Shown: positions 48,329 through 61,317, counted from the whole stretch's first letter. The stretch is 61,317 bases of DNA, filler included, from Sphacelaria rigidula (GCA_964200075.2; 6 parts of 6 records of this genome joined end to end with filler, not necessarily neighbours in it), one strand, 5' to 3'. Numbers and translations are program-made. Notes: generated by a model not told the origin, from the sequence alone.

Positions 48329-49430
48329 AGTGGATCCTCTGGCATCAAACAAGGGGTTCTGGGCTGAAGTGCTGGGCGTCGGCGACTTCTACTACGAGCT
48401 AGCTGTTCAAATCGTGGAGATTTGCTTGGCAACTCGATCGGTCAACGGGGGACTCATGGCTCTACCGGTGAGGCAACATAACCAGGATTTGGTGCGCTTC
48501 GTATGTGCTTCCTGTGGGCGGATAGCAGCTTATTTCCCGCTTGTTCGTCAGTGTACTTGGGGAACTGCTTCTCGGCGGGAATCCGAAGAGAGTGTAGTGT
48601 GATGTGATGTGATGGAAGCACATCTCAACGTCGGCAAGCTTCATGTAAATCGTGTGGGGGTAATGCGTCTCTGCGAGCGAGGTTTGCATCGTGCCGCTGC
48701 AAGCGCTGCCCCATGTTGTGGCGGACTCGGCATGAAAGGAGGGTCCTCATGCTGGTTTTGTTTTTTGTCCTTGCCGCCCGCAGGAGCTGCTGCAACGTCT
48801 TCGAACCAAGGGAAACCGAAAAAATCAACAAGATATATCTGCAGATGACGTCAAGCGAGCCACCTCCAAGCTACAGGTCTTGGGGGGTGGTTTCAAGGTC
48901 AGAGATCCGGCGATTATTCTCTGCGGCGAACCGCTCAGCGAATGTAATCAGTACAGTGGATCCTTGGCTAGGGGCATAGCCTTTCATACAGAGTATAGCC
49001 TGTCTAAACCGAACAACGACGCTTTTCGGTACTTCCAAGGACCGACCAACAGTGTTGCTTGGAACATAGTTTGACACAAGTGGTTATTTCATTGAAGCCT
49101 CCCGCTGCTTCCAGGAAATACCTACGGAAGCGGCTATGGACACGTGCAGAGAACATGATCATGATCATGATCATGATCATGATCACCTCTTTCCTGCTGC
49201 TATTGAGTGTTGCGGCATGTGCCCTCGCATATACTTGGTGTTTTTCATTTCAGGTGCTCGAGATTGGAGCGACGACCATGGTCGTGTCTGTACCGCGAGA
49301 GTTGAGCTCTGACCACTCGGCGGTTCTCTTGCTAGCGGAGGCGTCCGGGCGCGTGACGGAAGCAGAAATTGCTGATAAACTACGCTGGGATGGCAATCGG
49401 GCACGCAGGGTGCTGCAGGAACTCATGCAG
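48329..49430 (+). CDS. SNF8: ESCRT-II subunit VPS22/EAP30/SNF8, three internal exons (48329-48467, 48784-48897, 49254-49430)
   Basis: [46 protein letters not shown] | [38 protein letters not shown] | [46 protein letters not shown]. Splice sites are CAG/GT with phase-0 joins. Confidence 0.95.
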
Positions 49431-50742
49431 GTGTGCTACGTGCCCGTTGTGACTGTCAGCAGCATGAAGATAGGCCGAAGCTGGAAACGGGGTGTCATCC
49501 CCCACGGGGATACAATTTCAGCCTCTTGTTCCACAAGGAGGATGGTCTTTAAGTACTAAAGACCTCGTCAGTGTACACAATTCGCGATGGCGCTGTCCAC
49601 CGACACAAGATCGGCGTTCGGAGCACCATAACCCTAGAGACAATCGCGGCTAAAAGTTGTCATCCCGAGGAGGGTCCTCCCCTGGAGCCTACCCAGAATT
49701 CAACCGAACAAAAAGATCGGGCGTATCTATCCCCTTGGCAACTTGCTGGAAGCATTGAATCCTGTCTCTAAGATGCCTGCGGTGCCGGAACTCATCCATG
49801 TGGACTTCCGGGATGGAGGGGTCAAAACCACCTGTCTCAACACACAGCGGTCTTCAAGAGTGAGGGTCGAAGTCGCTGTCATAAGTCCGATCCTTCGCCG
49901 TAAAACGGAGTACTGTGGTGCACGAGGTCCTCAGCTGTGCTATGGCCAAGTGCGTGACCTCCCGGGATAGTATGGTCTAAACATTCTCCGTTGAAAATTC
50001 GACTTGCACCCAAACGTGGGCTTTTGGGCTCCCGATATAGTGCGGTCAAGAAGTTGGACTACCGTCGCGCCATTTTGTCCCGAGCGACCCTGTCATGTAA
50101 TGAAGGTACCTGTGAGGCTTAATCGTCGGAACGGATTTCGTAGTGAGGGATGGCATCAGCGGACCGCAGTTGTAAGGTGGTGCTACAACGGTTTCCCACC
50201 AAATCAACGCGTGGTTTTCGATAAGGACACCGCAGCTGCCGTTCAACGTGACCAATCGACGGTAGTTCAGAAAAAGGGTTTTGCTTCAGCGTCCGCAAGA
50301 TACAGGGGTACCGTAGGTATAACCCCGTGTAGCACCTCAGGTACACTCTCAACCGAGGGACTTAGGCAGTATACATGGATTGCACCATACGTCAAGCATA
50401 TCGCGAACATGCTGCCGTCTGGCTGGTACAGCATGGCGTGTTAACTTGTGAGCATCGGCGTGTCGGCCGTTAAGTCGTGACAAGTATCAGAATACGTGAT
50501 CCCCGGGGGGTATATATATATATATATATTGATTGATTGATATGCCGTGTCTCCTAGCGAGTTGCCAGTTCTCAGTCCCACGTCTTTGTTGAAGCCACTC
50601 TAGTTTTATGTACGGAGTGAGTACTTGTATGACATGTGAATCAGGTCCATCAATGGCTTGTTTGAGAGAACCTCGACTATCATTACTGTACAGCCGAATT
50701 TCCGAGACTTTTGGGAACAGGTCTCGACGACAGAAAATAGTT

Positions 50743-51020
50743 CAAGGGCAGGTCGGGTAGGGTATGTATTTTTGAATACTTGGGTAAAATATCCGGGTAT
50801 TTACTCTACCCAAACCTTGGGTAGATTGGGTACGAACTCAAATATTTTGCCCATTTTTTGGGGAGATTGGGTACGGCCTCAAATACTCTACTGCCCAAAT
50901 TTTGGGATGATTCGTGTTACGACCTCAAATTCTCGACCCAAATATCTGAAGTACTTGACCCAATTTTTGGGTAGGTTGGGTGCGATCTGAAAGACTCGAC
51001 CCTAATTTTGGGTATATCGG
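50743..51020 (+). mobile_element. Copy of the CAAGGGCAGGT/gggtagattgggtac MITE family
   Basis: caagggcaggtcgggtagggt terminus followed by repeated ttttgggtag..gggtacg..ctcaaat units. Confidence 0.8.
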
Positions 51021-51329
51021 GTTGTTGTTGTTGTTGTTGTTGTCTTCACATTAAAAGCCGTTCCGATATCTGCACGGTACATNNNNNNNNNNNNNNNNNN
51101 NNNNNNNNNNNNNNNNNNNNNNNNNNTTAATTAATTAANNNNNNNNNNNNNNNNNNNNNNNNNNNNNNNNNNNNNNNNNNNNGTTTGGTTGGTGTAGGTG
51201 GGGAGCGGGCCGTCGGGGCAGGCGGGGGGGGGGGGAGGGGGGGGGGGGGGGGGGGGGCTATCGTAGAAAGTGTCAAATCGAAAAAATGTGCGGCATAATG
51301 AGCAATGCCACGCGGATCTTTTCATCCCA

Positions 51330-54300
51330 TTACTTGGTGAGTACTAATTCGCAAGTGTCAACAACGAAGCGTACCCATTTGTTACGATGGAGTTCGCGGG
51401 CTGCAGCGCCGCGGCGCATACTGGGAAATTTCGTGTTGTCAGCAAGATATTGCTGTGCGGGTTGCGTCCAATAGGCGAGGATTGTACGGCGGTGCAACTG
51501 ACGATCGGATTCGCGTTCCCAAGACACTCTCCGGAGGCCTTGCCAGTGAATCTTATGTATGACAGCGATTTTACCTTCTCGTCCGCGAGTAATCTGGTTG
51601 CCAGGGATATGGGACACGGCCAGGTGGAGAGGTCGTTCGGTCACGTCGTTCGTGATAACGTGATAAGGCGGTGACTCGGGACCGATGGATAAAATCTTAA
51701 ATGGTCCTGTCCAGTTAAGGGGCAATTTCGTCTTTAAGACTGTTTCGTTGGCGGCTCTGTCAGCGCCTTAATGGATGTTCGACAAACTGTGGTAAACCCG
51801 GACCCAATCACCAACCTTCCAGATGGGGCGTTTGTGGATCAAGTTGTAGAATGCGGTTTTTGACTTCTTAAGGCGCGAGGCGTTGATAACGTGTTACTCA
51901 CGTACGAGAGTAAAGGCTTTGCGCTGTTGTGCACGTGCGAGGTCATGATAGGACATCTGATCCTGGTCCAGGCCTTGGTGACCACCGAAGGTGTGTTTCT
52001 CGAACACGGTGATGGGCAAACGACGGTAGCGCCCAAGATGTAATTCATTCGGAGAGAGGCCAGTAGCGGCGTTGACGGAGTGGTTGTAGGACAGCGTGGC
52101 AACCTTGCGAATGCCCAGGAGGTTGTAAAATACATCCGAGAGGTCGGAGCACAGTCGCGGACCATTATTGGAGAGGAGACGTTCTGGGCAACCATATTGC
52201 TTCATACAGTCGTAAACCAAAATATCAGCTGTGCCTGCGGCTGTGAAGTCTCCACTAGTGACAGCGTACATGGACGCATGGTGGCTGAAACGGCCAGTGA
52301 AGAGTAAAATGTAGGTGTTTCCACGATCCGTAGTCGGTACGGGACCGAAATAGTCAAGCGACGCGAGGTGACCAAGGGCGTTGGGATGTTACATAGAAAT
52401 GACGGGCAAATGTATGTCTGTCGTGAGGTTTTGCGGGCCTGGCACTTGAAGCATCGCCGGATCCTAAAACAGGTGGACGCTTCCATACCGATCCACAAGT
52501 AAAAGCGTTTAAGTAGCGCTAATGTGCGCGTGACGCCAAGGTGACAAGACAAGTCAGAGTTGCAACCTTTCATGACCCATGGCCGCATTAAAAATGGAAC
52601 ATATATACGGGTGGGTTCGTCGTTGAGTAGGCGTGCATGGCGTCCAGTGGTAGCGGCTGAAGCTGTATTCCTGTGGGAGGTAGAGCGACGGACAAGCAAT
52701 CGAGTACCGTCATCAGTGGTGAAGATGGTGCCCTTACGAGCGAGCTCATACACCTCGGAGGCGTGAGACGGTGGCAGTGTACCAACCGGCGCCATAATAT
52801 CGGCCGGAATAGGAACAGGGTAGACAAGCTGTAAGTACCTCATTGTTGCGCGGCATAATGGTTCTGCGTGTTATTTACTAGCCCAATCACTATGAGAGTA
52901 GCTGGCGAGGAACTTACGCAGTTGACCTCCCGCTGGAAAGCCGACTAGGCATAGGGGCTCAGGGAATGGCGGGGCAGGCGATTGGGCGTGAGTGCCAAGG
53001 TCAATGTCCACATCGGGGCCAGGGTCGAAGGTAGTGCGCGTGGCGGACGTGGACGACGGGGCGCGGGGCGCGCGGGCGCTGGGAGCCATGAGCGAGTGTG
53101 GACCTTAGCCCACCCAAGACTGCATCATATGGCTGGGGGCGAGGACCTCCAATGTGCGTACCAGTTTCGGGGCAGAGCAGGTCAAGGGCGCAAATGGGCG
53201 TGGGAAAACACCGGATGGGTAGACGCCTGGCTCATCAAGTTCTGTGAGTCGACAGACTGGACTGAAGTTGGCTGCCGTTGGAGGCAGGGGCAAGCGGGAA
53301 AGAAGGTCAGCGTTCCCGTCAGTCTTGCCCGGACGATGCTTACCAGTACACTGGTAAGCGGTCAAAAACTCCAACCAACGCTGTACACGTGGATCATGTT
53401 TGCCAGCCTTAGCGAGTTGTTCGAGGACGCCGTGGTCCGTATAAATGTGGAAAGGCACATGAAATAGATGTTGTCGAAGGCGCTTGATAGCTCGAGTACT
53501 GCAGTTTGCCTCATTGGGTGAGGTGACACGGCTGATGTAAAGGATGGGTCGGACAGAGCCACCGAGTTGCGGTTGGTTCAAAACTGCGCCGAAGCCGTTG
53601 GTGCTGGCGTCGGTATGCAGTTGGAAGAGGCGACAGCCGTTTTGCCCTTCGTCCCAATCTGGAAAACGGAGAACCGGGTTTTCGGTGAGTGTTTTAAGCA
53701 AATCGCGGACAATAGTTTCCATGTCGTTGGTGAAGACAAACGCGACGCCTTTTTATCAGTGACTCTATAATGGGACGAATCCGTTTGGACAGGATGAGCA
53801 GATATTTACGGTACTAAGAGAGTCCACCTAGCAGGAAGCGAAGCTGAGAAATGTTGGTGGGCATGGGCATGTCAGTCATCGCCCTAACTTTGTCAATGCC
53901 TAGGTGTAGGCCCGCTGGGGAGATGAAATGTCCCAGAAAATCCAATTTAGTCGCCCCGAGGCGAGCTTTGGATGGAGACAGTTTCAGATCATGCGTGCGA
54001 AAGCGAGAAAAAAATTCCGGTAAAGTGCGAACATGCGTCTTAAATAAAGCATCGAAAGCTATAGCGTCGTCTAAGTACATGATGAGGTGTTCGAGGTAGT
54101 CGATTACTCGTTGCATTAGGCGTTGGAAACAGCCTGGTGCAGTGGTGGGTCCTTGCGGCATACGGAGCCATTCGTGGAGCCCGGAAGATGTACAGAACGC
54201 TGTTAGTGAAGCTGTGTCAGGGTGAAAGGCAGTCTGGAAAAATCCAGCAGCGAGGTAGAAGATGCTCAATATTTTTCCTTCACCCAGAGAGTCAAATACT

Positions 54301-57300
54301 TAATCGAAACGGGGAATGGAAGTTCTCCCACGACAGTGACGCTGTTCAACCGTTTGTAATTCACGGTGATGCGTATGTTTCCATCCTTTTTGAGGGCAAT
54401 CATGAGGTGTGAGGCCCATGGGGAGGACGAATGTTGAAAAAACAGGCTTCAAAGTATGCATCTAAAAATGCATTGACTTTTCTAGTTAGGCGTGGGTTCG
54501 TCCGATATGGTTGACAAGAAATTGGCGAAACGACGGGTTGTAGGGTGAACTCGAGAGACAGTGTTTCACAATTCTCTAAATCCGTCTTGGATCCAGAAAA
54601 GCGGCCTTGGTATTTCAGTAGAACGTCTTGTAATTCCTTGATTACAGCGGGTTCCCAACTGGATTCATGTAAGTCAAAATTAATGTTACGCAAATAAGGT
54701 GGTAGTTGGTGCCACATTTGCACGAATTTCTTCCGAGATTCTGATGAGAGACATTGAAGTACTTCATCAGGAGGGTCGGAAGGTGGCCGAACAGGGTCCA
54801 CTGTGTGAACTTGTGGTGAGGATAGAGGTGAGGTCGAAGTAAGGTTCATTGACGCAGTGGACGGAGTTGTCTGTCTGAGGCGCGGAGTCGCGCCGGTGGG
54901 TCAGCTACACAAGTTTGAAGTGGAATGTGCATGAGGGGAGCCGCGGCAATGTCCAGAACATCACCAGGTTCCAGATTAGCGTGACCCGTAAGGGGCAGGA
55001 GTTATCTCCCTGCAGAGACAAAGTACTCGGTGCCAGCATGTGCGCCAACGTTAGGAAGCATTTCCGCGAGATAGTGGCCTGTCAGGGCAGGCATGCCATT
55101 GCGGCGAACGAGTGCACCTTTTAAGAGTTGGAGGTCATGGGAGAGGGTAACACCAGCACTACCTTCATATCGTAGATGGAAAGTAACTCCGGTAGCTTGA
55201 TCATCTATTTGGTAGGCCGAGGCGCCGTGAAGTGTACCGAAGTGTTACTAGGTTGAGTTTTCCACGAGGCGCGGATTGTGATAATGATGGTGGTAACGTG
55301 CGGGTAGGTGCGTTGATCAAGCCGCATGTATCTCTCTCTGCCCAATAGCAAGGCGTGAGTCATGGGGCTGTCGAGGACGATCTAAGCCCATACCGCAAGA
55401 GTGGCAGAACATGTGTTGCTGTGGAAAATTTGCACACTGAGCCGTACCAATTTCCGTGTTGTCAAAGGTGTCTTGGAGTCACCAAAGCCACCCCATACAC
55501 GAGTCTGGGTGGTGATTTCACAAACGGCCGAAGCAGCGCCATGTTCTTCATGTGTTGCCACGTTGATTCTTGTTTGAATGTTCGTGGGCTGCCACTATCC
55601 AACAAGGATACACACTTGCCAGGCGCGGTGGCGGAGGGGCTGCAGTGTAATGCTACGCGAATAGTGGAATTGGCCGAATCAATAGACACTTTACCACCGA
55701 CGATGTCGGGACTATTCAGTTAAGGTGAATCGGTCGGGGTCGGAAGGACTGACGGCGAAAACAGGCGATGGGTAATCCGCCGGGGGGTCAGATGTGCCGC
55801 CAGGTGGTATAGATGGTGGTCAATCACTATGTGTAGCACGGCTTTTGCCGTCATGATCAACTTCGTAGATGATAGTGTTGGGAAAGCAAGGATCAGCATC
55901 GAAGGGGGGTTTGTGCTGTGTGGTGCTAGGATTATCCATTGAAGAGGCAGTAACGTCAGAAATATCCAGTTTGGATTCTTCAGTGATGCCTGGTAAAACC
56001 GTCAAGCTCAAAGTCGTCACATTTTGGAGAGAATGAGGTCGAGGTTTTCCGCTCGAGAGAGGTGTGCGTGTTAGTGCGTGCGCTTCCTTGGGGGGACGTT
56101 GACGGGGCTTCCTCTGTCGCCGTGACAGCGGTCGGGGAACTTCCAAGGTATCTTGAGAAATCACAACTGCGTCCAACTGGGTGCATGTGGTCAGCATGGG
56201 GCATGCTCTGCCGAAACGTGTGGGCTGTCCGCTGGCAAGCTTGGTTGAGAAGTCATAGCCGGATGTAGATTGAAGTGGTTGTTGTGTGAACCGTGCAGGG
56301 GTAGCTTCACGTCGTACGAGGAACGCGAGGAACGAGCTCGATTAAACTGAGTGGGTGTCGGGTGACCAGAAGTGGTCAATTTTGGGCCAGCAACACTTGG
56401 ACCAGTCGAAGAAAGTCTAGTAGTGCCTGTGCGTGCGGTCGCTGAGGAAAGCCTTTGCCTCAGACGGGCGGTTGGTGCTCCTACACCTCAGATTTACACT
56501 CATTCTGGAGGACCAAGTCCAGACCCAAGCGTAGAGCTGAGTGGTGAGTCAACGCAACCGTTAGGCTGTGTGTCTAGGGATAAAGACGGGGGTCGGTATG
56601 AACGACCGTCTTAAGAATTCCTACATAATACCGGGGAAGCTAAGTGAGAAAAGGTTTGCCGCTTGTTCGGCGAAGTGTGTTGTAGCGGTTTTCGTGTGTG
56701 CCGTCGGCGGTGCCGAAGACTTTAAAACGCTGACGTCGGCGCGTCATGGATCAGTACGATCTGTCATGTATGAGCCAGGGTTTCTGGCATTGGGGTTCGA
56801 GTTATCTCGAGGAGGCCCCGTGCACTGATGTCGGTCAGTTAAGTTCTGGTGGCGGTGGAAAGAACTATCTCTTCGGCGAGAACCAGAGCTGTCACTGGTG
56901 ATGAAGCGGTGGTTGCGATCTGAGCGAATGGTGCCGCGTATGTCAGAGTATTGGCGAGAAGTGCGATTAGGTGTACGGTAATCGCGCATGCGTTTTTGCC
57001 ATCGGCGCCATGCTGGCTCCTTATCCTGCAATTCAGGGTTCATCAGCTGGAAAGTGTTGGTACAAACTTGAGCGCAATCACGCATACTGTGACCATGACC
57101 ATTGCAATTGATGCATGTGTTGGCGTGGCGGCGGAAAGCGTCCTTGCGAGCCGAAGACGAAAGCGAAGGTGTCCACAAGTGTGGGTCATCCGTGATGAAG
57201 GCGCGTGTAGAAACCATGAATACATCATCCCAAGTATCTGCTGTAGAATACTGCCAAGCCACAAAGCCTGCACGAAAGAGATCTTTCTGGTTCTTAACCT

Positions 57301-60070
57301 TCATGACTGATCCTCCAACAGAGTTGGGTGTCCATGTAGTACCAGACGGAGTCTGATGTCGTCCACGAGACTTAGCGGAGTTCGCGGAGGGGGCAGTCAA
57401 AGACTGCGAAGGCCCGGAAGAATAGGGGGGGCCGCGAATGGTAGGCGTGAGATTACTCTCCTGATCTACGAATGCAGTCCACATGGCGTCTACTGAGGCG
57501 TAGGCACCTCTTCGTGTGTCAGAGTGCCAGGAAATAGTGACAGCATCAGCGTAGGGAACTGCTGAGCGATGCTATTCGTGGCATACGTCTGACACATGGC
57601 ATCGCTGGGCCCGTTGTGTCTGCCAGTACCAGTGGTACTAAAAACCTTAAGCTTGACCTCACGCCAGTATTCTGAGCGAGGCACATGCGATGCTACTGCA
57701 AACGAACTAAGATGCTTGATGGCGCCAGCCTGGTCGCTTGTGTCGAAGTAGCTGATCAGACGCCTCTCCAGATCAGCGAACAGTAGCGGCGATCTCTTCC
57801 CGTCGGAACAATCCTTATTCAACGCGGCGAAGAAAGAGTCGATGATCTGCGTCAACGATGCGGCGACATCGGGCGAGCGGCGGATGATGGAACGGTGCAA
57901 GGTTTTGTGCAAGGGAGTCTGCCAACCGTCAACCCAGTCGGGGATCTCAAAACATTGTTATCCTGTGGCATCGGCTAGTTCAAGGATGCTTGTTATCGTG
58001 CGTTTGTTAAGTGGAGGCTAACTTGCCTGGCGACAGCACGTTGCGTGAGGCGTACTGCCCCGAAATATTGCTAATGGCCAGTGATAACCATGACCGCTCA
58101 TGATCTTGAAGGTTCAATCTCTGTAGTGCAGGAGAGGGTGGCGATGCGGTGGCAACGGTCCGCATGACGGGGTATGGGGCTGGGACGGGCGTGGCAAGCG
58201 ATGCTGAAGCAGCCGCCGCAGCATATGTGACACGCTCGGTGCGCCTGGGTATGTGGTAGTTGGCGTCCGCATTATTCCTAGTGGGCGATGGCGGCGACGG
58301 CGGCGTCCGAGTTGGGGGGAGCGGCGGTTGGCCTCGAGGGAGCGGAGCTGTCACTCCGACGCTTCTGCGGTGTCTATGTATGCCCGGACGCGGCGTTCAT
58401 CGTTGCCGATGAGGGCTTGGAGTGCGCGAGCCTCAAAGCGACGTTCCTGCGAAGTCTTGGTCACCGCCACCTGATTAGTACGTGCACGATGCACGGCGGA
58501 CTGTTGGGTGTGTAGTCTGGCTGATATGTCCTCCTGGACAAGGTCGTTAGCCGTTCGATCGGCACCGCTGTCAGTGTACATATCGTAGTGGCGGGAGCTA
58601 CGGGCGTGGCCATCGCCGTACATTATTGCAGGAGTTTATCCTGCTCAGCCCGCGGCCCGGCCAAATAAATGCGTGGCAAGAGACCGGATGGGCAGTGCTC
58701 GACACCCAAGAGAGGGCGGCCGTCGACTTCTGCCGTTGGAGGCGAAGCAAGAGCCGTCGTGGAAGCGGCCGGTGACGTAACTATGGTGGCCAGGGGCGCA
58801 GCTGTGGTGGGCGAAGGGTCGGGCGCCTCGGTCGGTGCGCTGATGGCGCACCTGCAGTGGAGGACGGTGGTCCATCGATGCGAAGACTTTTGGCGTCCGT
58901 GTCGACAGCGGCAGGGGCGGTGGCCGAAGGGGAAGTAGTAGTAGACGGCGCTTTAGCATTCATGGTTAAAGCAGAATGTAGGTATTGTTGAACATCTGCA
59001 ATTTGGCGTTTGACGGCACGTACAATGGCGGCATCCGGACGGGCGGGATAGCGCGGTCAATGGGACGGCCGTGAACGCTAGGCGTTTGATCGTTAGGCAA
59101 AGTCGTGTTGATAGGCAATAGAGAGCTTACATGGATTTTGTCATCGGATCTCGGTATCGAGGATCCAGTAGACGATAAACCCGACAATAAGGCACGTGCA
59201 TCGTGGGCATACGTTCTTGTATCACCGACTTACGTTAGGAGGGTGGTCGTCGACGGATCTCAAATCGGAGTGAGTGTCGAAACGTCATGCAGCGTCATCA
59301 GGCGGGACAAACGCAGGCTGAGAAGTCATGTGCTGCGCATGATCATCAGAGTGAACATGACCAGAAGGAGCTGAATGTTGCACGGCAGCGTGAAAGGCGG
59401 CGGCAAGAGCGTGTGACAAAGTTGTTGTCGCCGGATCATTAGACACCACAGTCGATGAAGAACGAAGCAGTTGCTCGAGAGCCGTGACCAATGGCAATGG
59501 CGCGGTGGCAGAATCACCATGAGGGTCGAGGCGCGACAGATTTATGGAGCGTGAGGACTGGGGGACCGAAGACGGGGCATGTGCCAGTGTCATAGCCGGA
59601 GTTGTCGACCGATTACGTGTAGCGTCACGCTTCTGACTGTGCGTCGAAGGAGCTGAAAGAGCTGTGGCAGGGACGAATTGTGCTGCTGTTGGATCAGACC
59701 CGACACGAGGAGCGTGCGTACGCTTCAGCTGATTGTGTGTCACGGAACGAGGTGCCTCGAAAGGTGCAGCCGCGGTGGAACTATCCCTCACAACTGGAGC
59801 GCGGCGCGCTGAGCCGAGGATGTCAAGGGTCTTGAACGGAAGACGCTCCCCGACACTAAAAGGTGCGGCCACGGTGGAGTCGTCCCTGACACCAGGAGCG
59901 CAGCACGCTAAACTAAGAGTGTCAGGGATCTTGGACGGAATGCGGTCCATAACATCAGGAGCGCAGCGCGCTGCACTGGGAAGGTAGGAGGTGTCGGAGT
60001 GGATGCTACCCCCGGCGCCAGGAACGGAGCACTGTGGTCTGTGAATCTCCGAGGCGTAGGCCATAGGGAG
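51330..60070 (-). mobile_element. Decayed Ty3/gypsy LTR retrotransposon (chromovirus-like), gag-pol with many stops and frameshifts
   Basis: Minus-strand order: low-complexity leader (60064-58000); gag with CINCNGHGHSMRDC (~57110); protease LLDSGS (~55600); RT WLRMPQG..MYLDDAI..LDFLGH (54269-53814); RNase H LHTDAS..IYTDH..RVQRWLEFL (53722-53105); integrase CHLGVTRT..CFKCQARK and YGCPERLLSNNG (52843-51894); WTGPFKI and IHWQGLRRVSWERESD (51725-51330). LTRs were not identified. Confidence 0.95.
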
Positions 60071-60963
60071 GGCAGTCTTGTATTCCTCATGTGTGGTAGG
60101 GACATAAGGGGATGGTTTCGTAATGCTCGATTGAACGCAAATTGAAAACCTCTGCGGGAGTGGGCACTAGCCCACCCAAGACGACAACACTCAGGGCAAG
60201 AAGTCAAGGGTCGTTGGTAACAGTTTCTCCTTCAGCGCGGCGGATCATCTACCGCGTGTTGTTACGAGAAAATATCAGTGTCAATTTGAAGGGGGCTTCA
60301 TCGGAACGTAATGCCGACTCAAAGCAATCGTCCGGCGAAATACAACCTACAGCAAGGGCGGTACAATTGGTAACTACCGTGGTAACACTGGGCCACGAGC
60401 AACGGGACGACGCAAGAGAAAACATCCGGGTAAAGCAAGCTCGCCAGGCTGAGCCACGGGATAGGAGTAGAACAAACGAACGAACACATCCGGATGGATC
60501 GTCGAAACGCAGCAACTCAACTCGACCTAAAACAGTCTTCGGGAAGAAATAAGGCCTACAACAAGGGAGGTATAATTAGCAATACTCGGTGTAACCAATA
60601 ACCCATGCAACAAGACGATACAAGGGAGTACTCCCGTGCGGCGAGCTCTCATGGTTGGCGGCAGGGGGGTGAGCAGTGCCAACAACGAATACATCTGGAG
60701 AAGAAGTCATCATATTTTCACACATGATGTGAGAGACTGGGCTAAATCTACAATCCTTTCATCGCTCAAAAACCTCAAAGACACAACAAGACACTAAATG
60801 CTCAGGGTAGACGGACATGAATGCGGCAGCGACAAGAAATGTGACTACGGGCACTAGAAACGCATAGTAACCAACAAGGCGAACCTAACACAAGGCAGCA
60901 CACTGCATCAAAACCCGTGAGGGGCTACAACGTAGCAAAGGGGAGGTCCGTGCGTGTAAAATT

Positions 60964-61073
60964 CACGGGTGGCCACTGGGGTGCTTGCAACCTCAAATTT
61001 GGACGTTACAGACCTTGTGCAACGTCTGTAACGTCCAAATTTGAGGTTGCAGGCACCCCAGTGGCCACCCGTG
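60964..61073. repeat. Near-perfect 110-bp palindrome (mini-MITE-like)
   Basis: cacgggtggccactggggtgc(t)tgcaacctcaaatttggacgttacagac - cttgtgcaac - gtctgtaacgtccaaatttgaggttgca(g)gcaccccagtggccacccgtg: 50-bp arms with one mismatch. Confidence 0.97.
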
Positions 61074-61317
61074 TTGTTACGCTATCATGTGCACAAAAAG
61101 TACTGGGCGAAAACAAAACTCCACGACAACGTACGGCAGAAATAGTGTACCAGAGCACCAACAGTAACCGACAAGAAGCACGCCGATGTACATATGTAGG
61201 ACACCGCGAAAAGACAAAACAGCCGTAGGGGAGGGAGGGAGGGAGGGAGGGAGGGGGGGAGATTTGGGAAATTCCTGAATCTACCAAGGTGAGCTCATCG
61301 CTCGCAGCATCGCCAAG

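Noticed and set aside
49431..60070. Gypsy element inserted in the last SNF8 intron
   Set aside because: The two lie in different pieces separated by an artificial spacer.
60640..61317. 5' LTR and primer-binding site of the gypsy element
   Set aside because: No second LTR to compare and no clear CA-TGG junction.

Overview
Eukaryotic, repeat-rich, intron-rich DNA, most consistent with a brown alga or other stramenopile (inferred from the GT..CAG intron style and the transposon repertoire; not proven). The window is not one contiguous locus. It is six pieces of 10,135-10,137 bp joined by five identical 100-nt spacers (N44-TTAATTAATTAA-N44), so nothing should be linked across spacers. Piece 1 holds the 3' half of a decayed Ty1/copia element and a spliced, decayed DUF7869/Sola-like transposase gene with MITEs in its introns. 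Piece 2 holds a tRNA-derived SINE, an internally deleted mariner with TA-flanked TIRs, and five 3' exons of a gene for an NAD(P)-binding-fold protein with a charged, acidic tail. Piece 3 holds a BED-finger relic, a 98-bp TTAA-flanked MITE and exons of a long coiled-coil protein. Piece 4 holds weakly supported exons, a microsatellite and MITEs. Piece 5 holds three exons of SNF8/VPS22 (ESCRT-II) and palindromic MITEs. Piece 6 holds a decayed chromovirus-like Ty3/gypsy element and a near-perfect 110-bp palindrome. The most unusual signals are (i) a family of tiny TSD-flanked insertions sharing the 3' end ...GGCATGCA(A/C)GATCATGAGTA(C/T) plus a C-rich tail, and (ii) the intron-rich DUF7869 transposase. 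No CRISPR array, rRNA or bona fide tRNA gene was seen.
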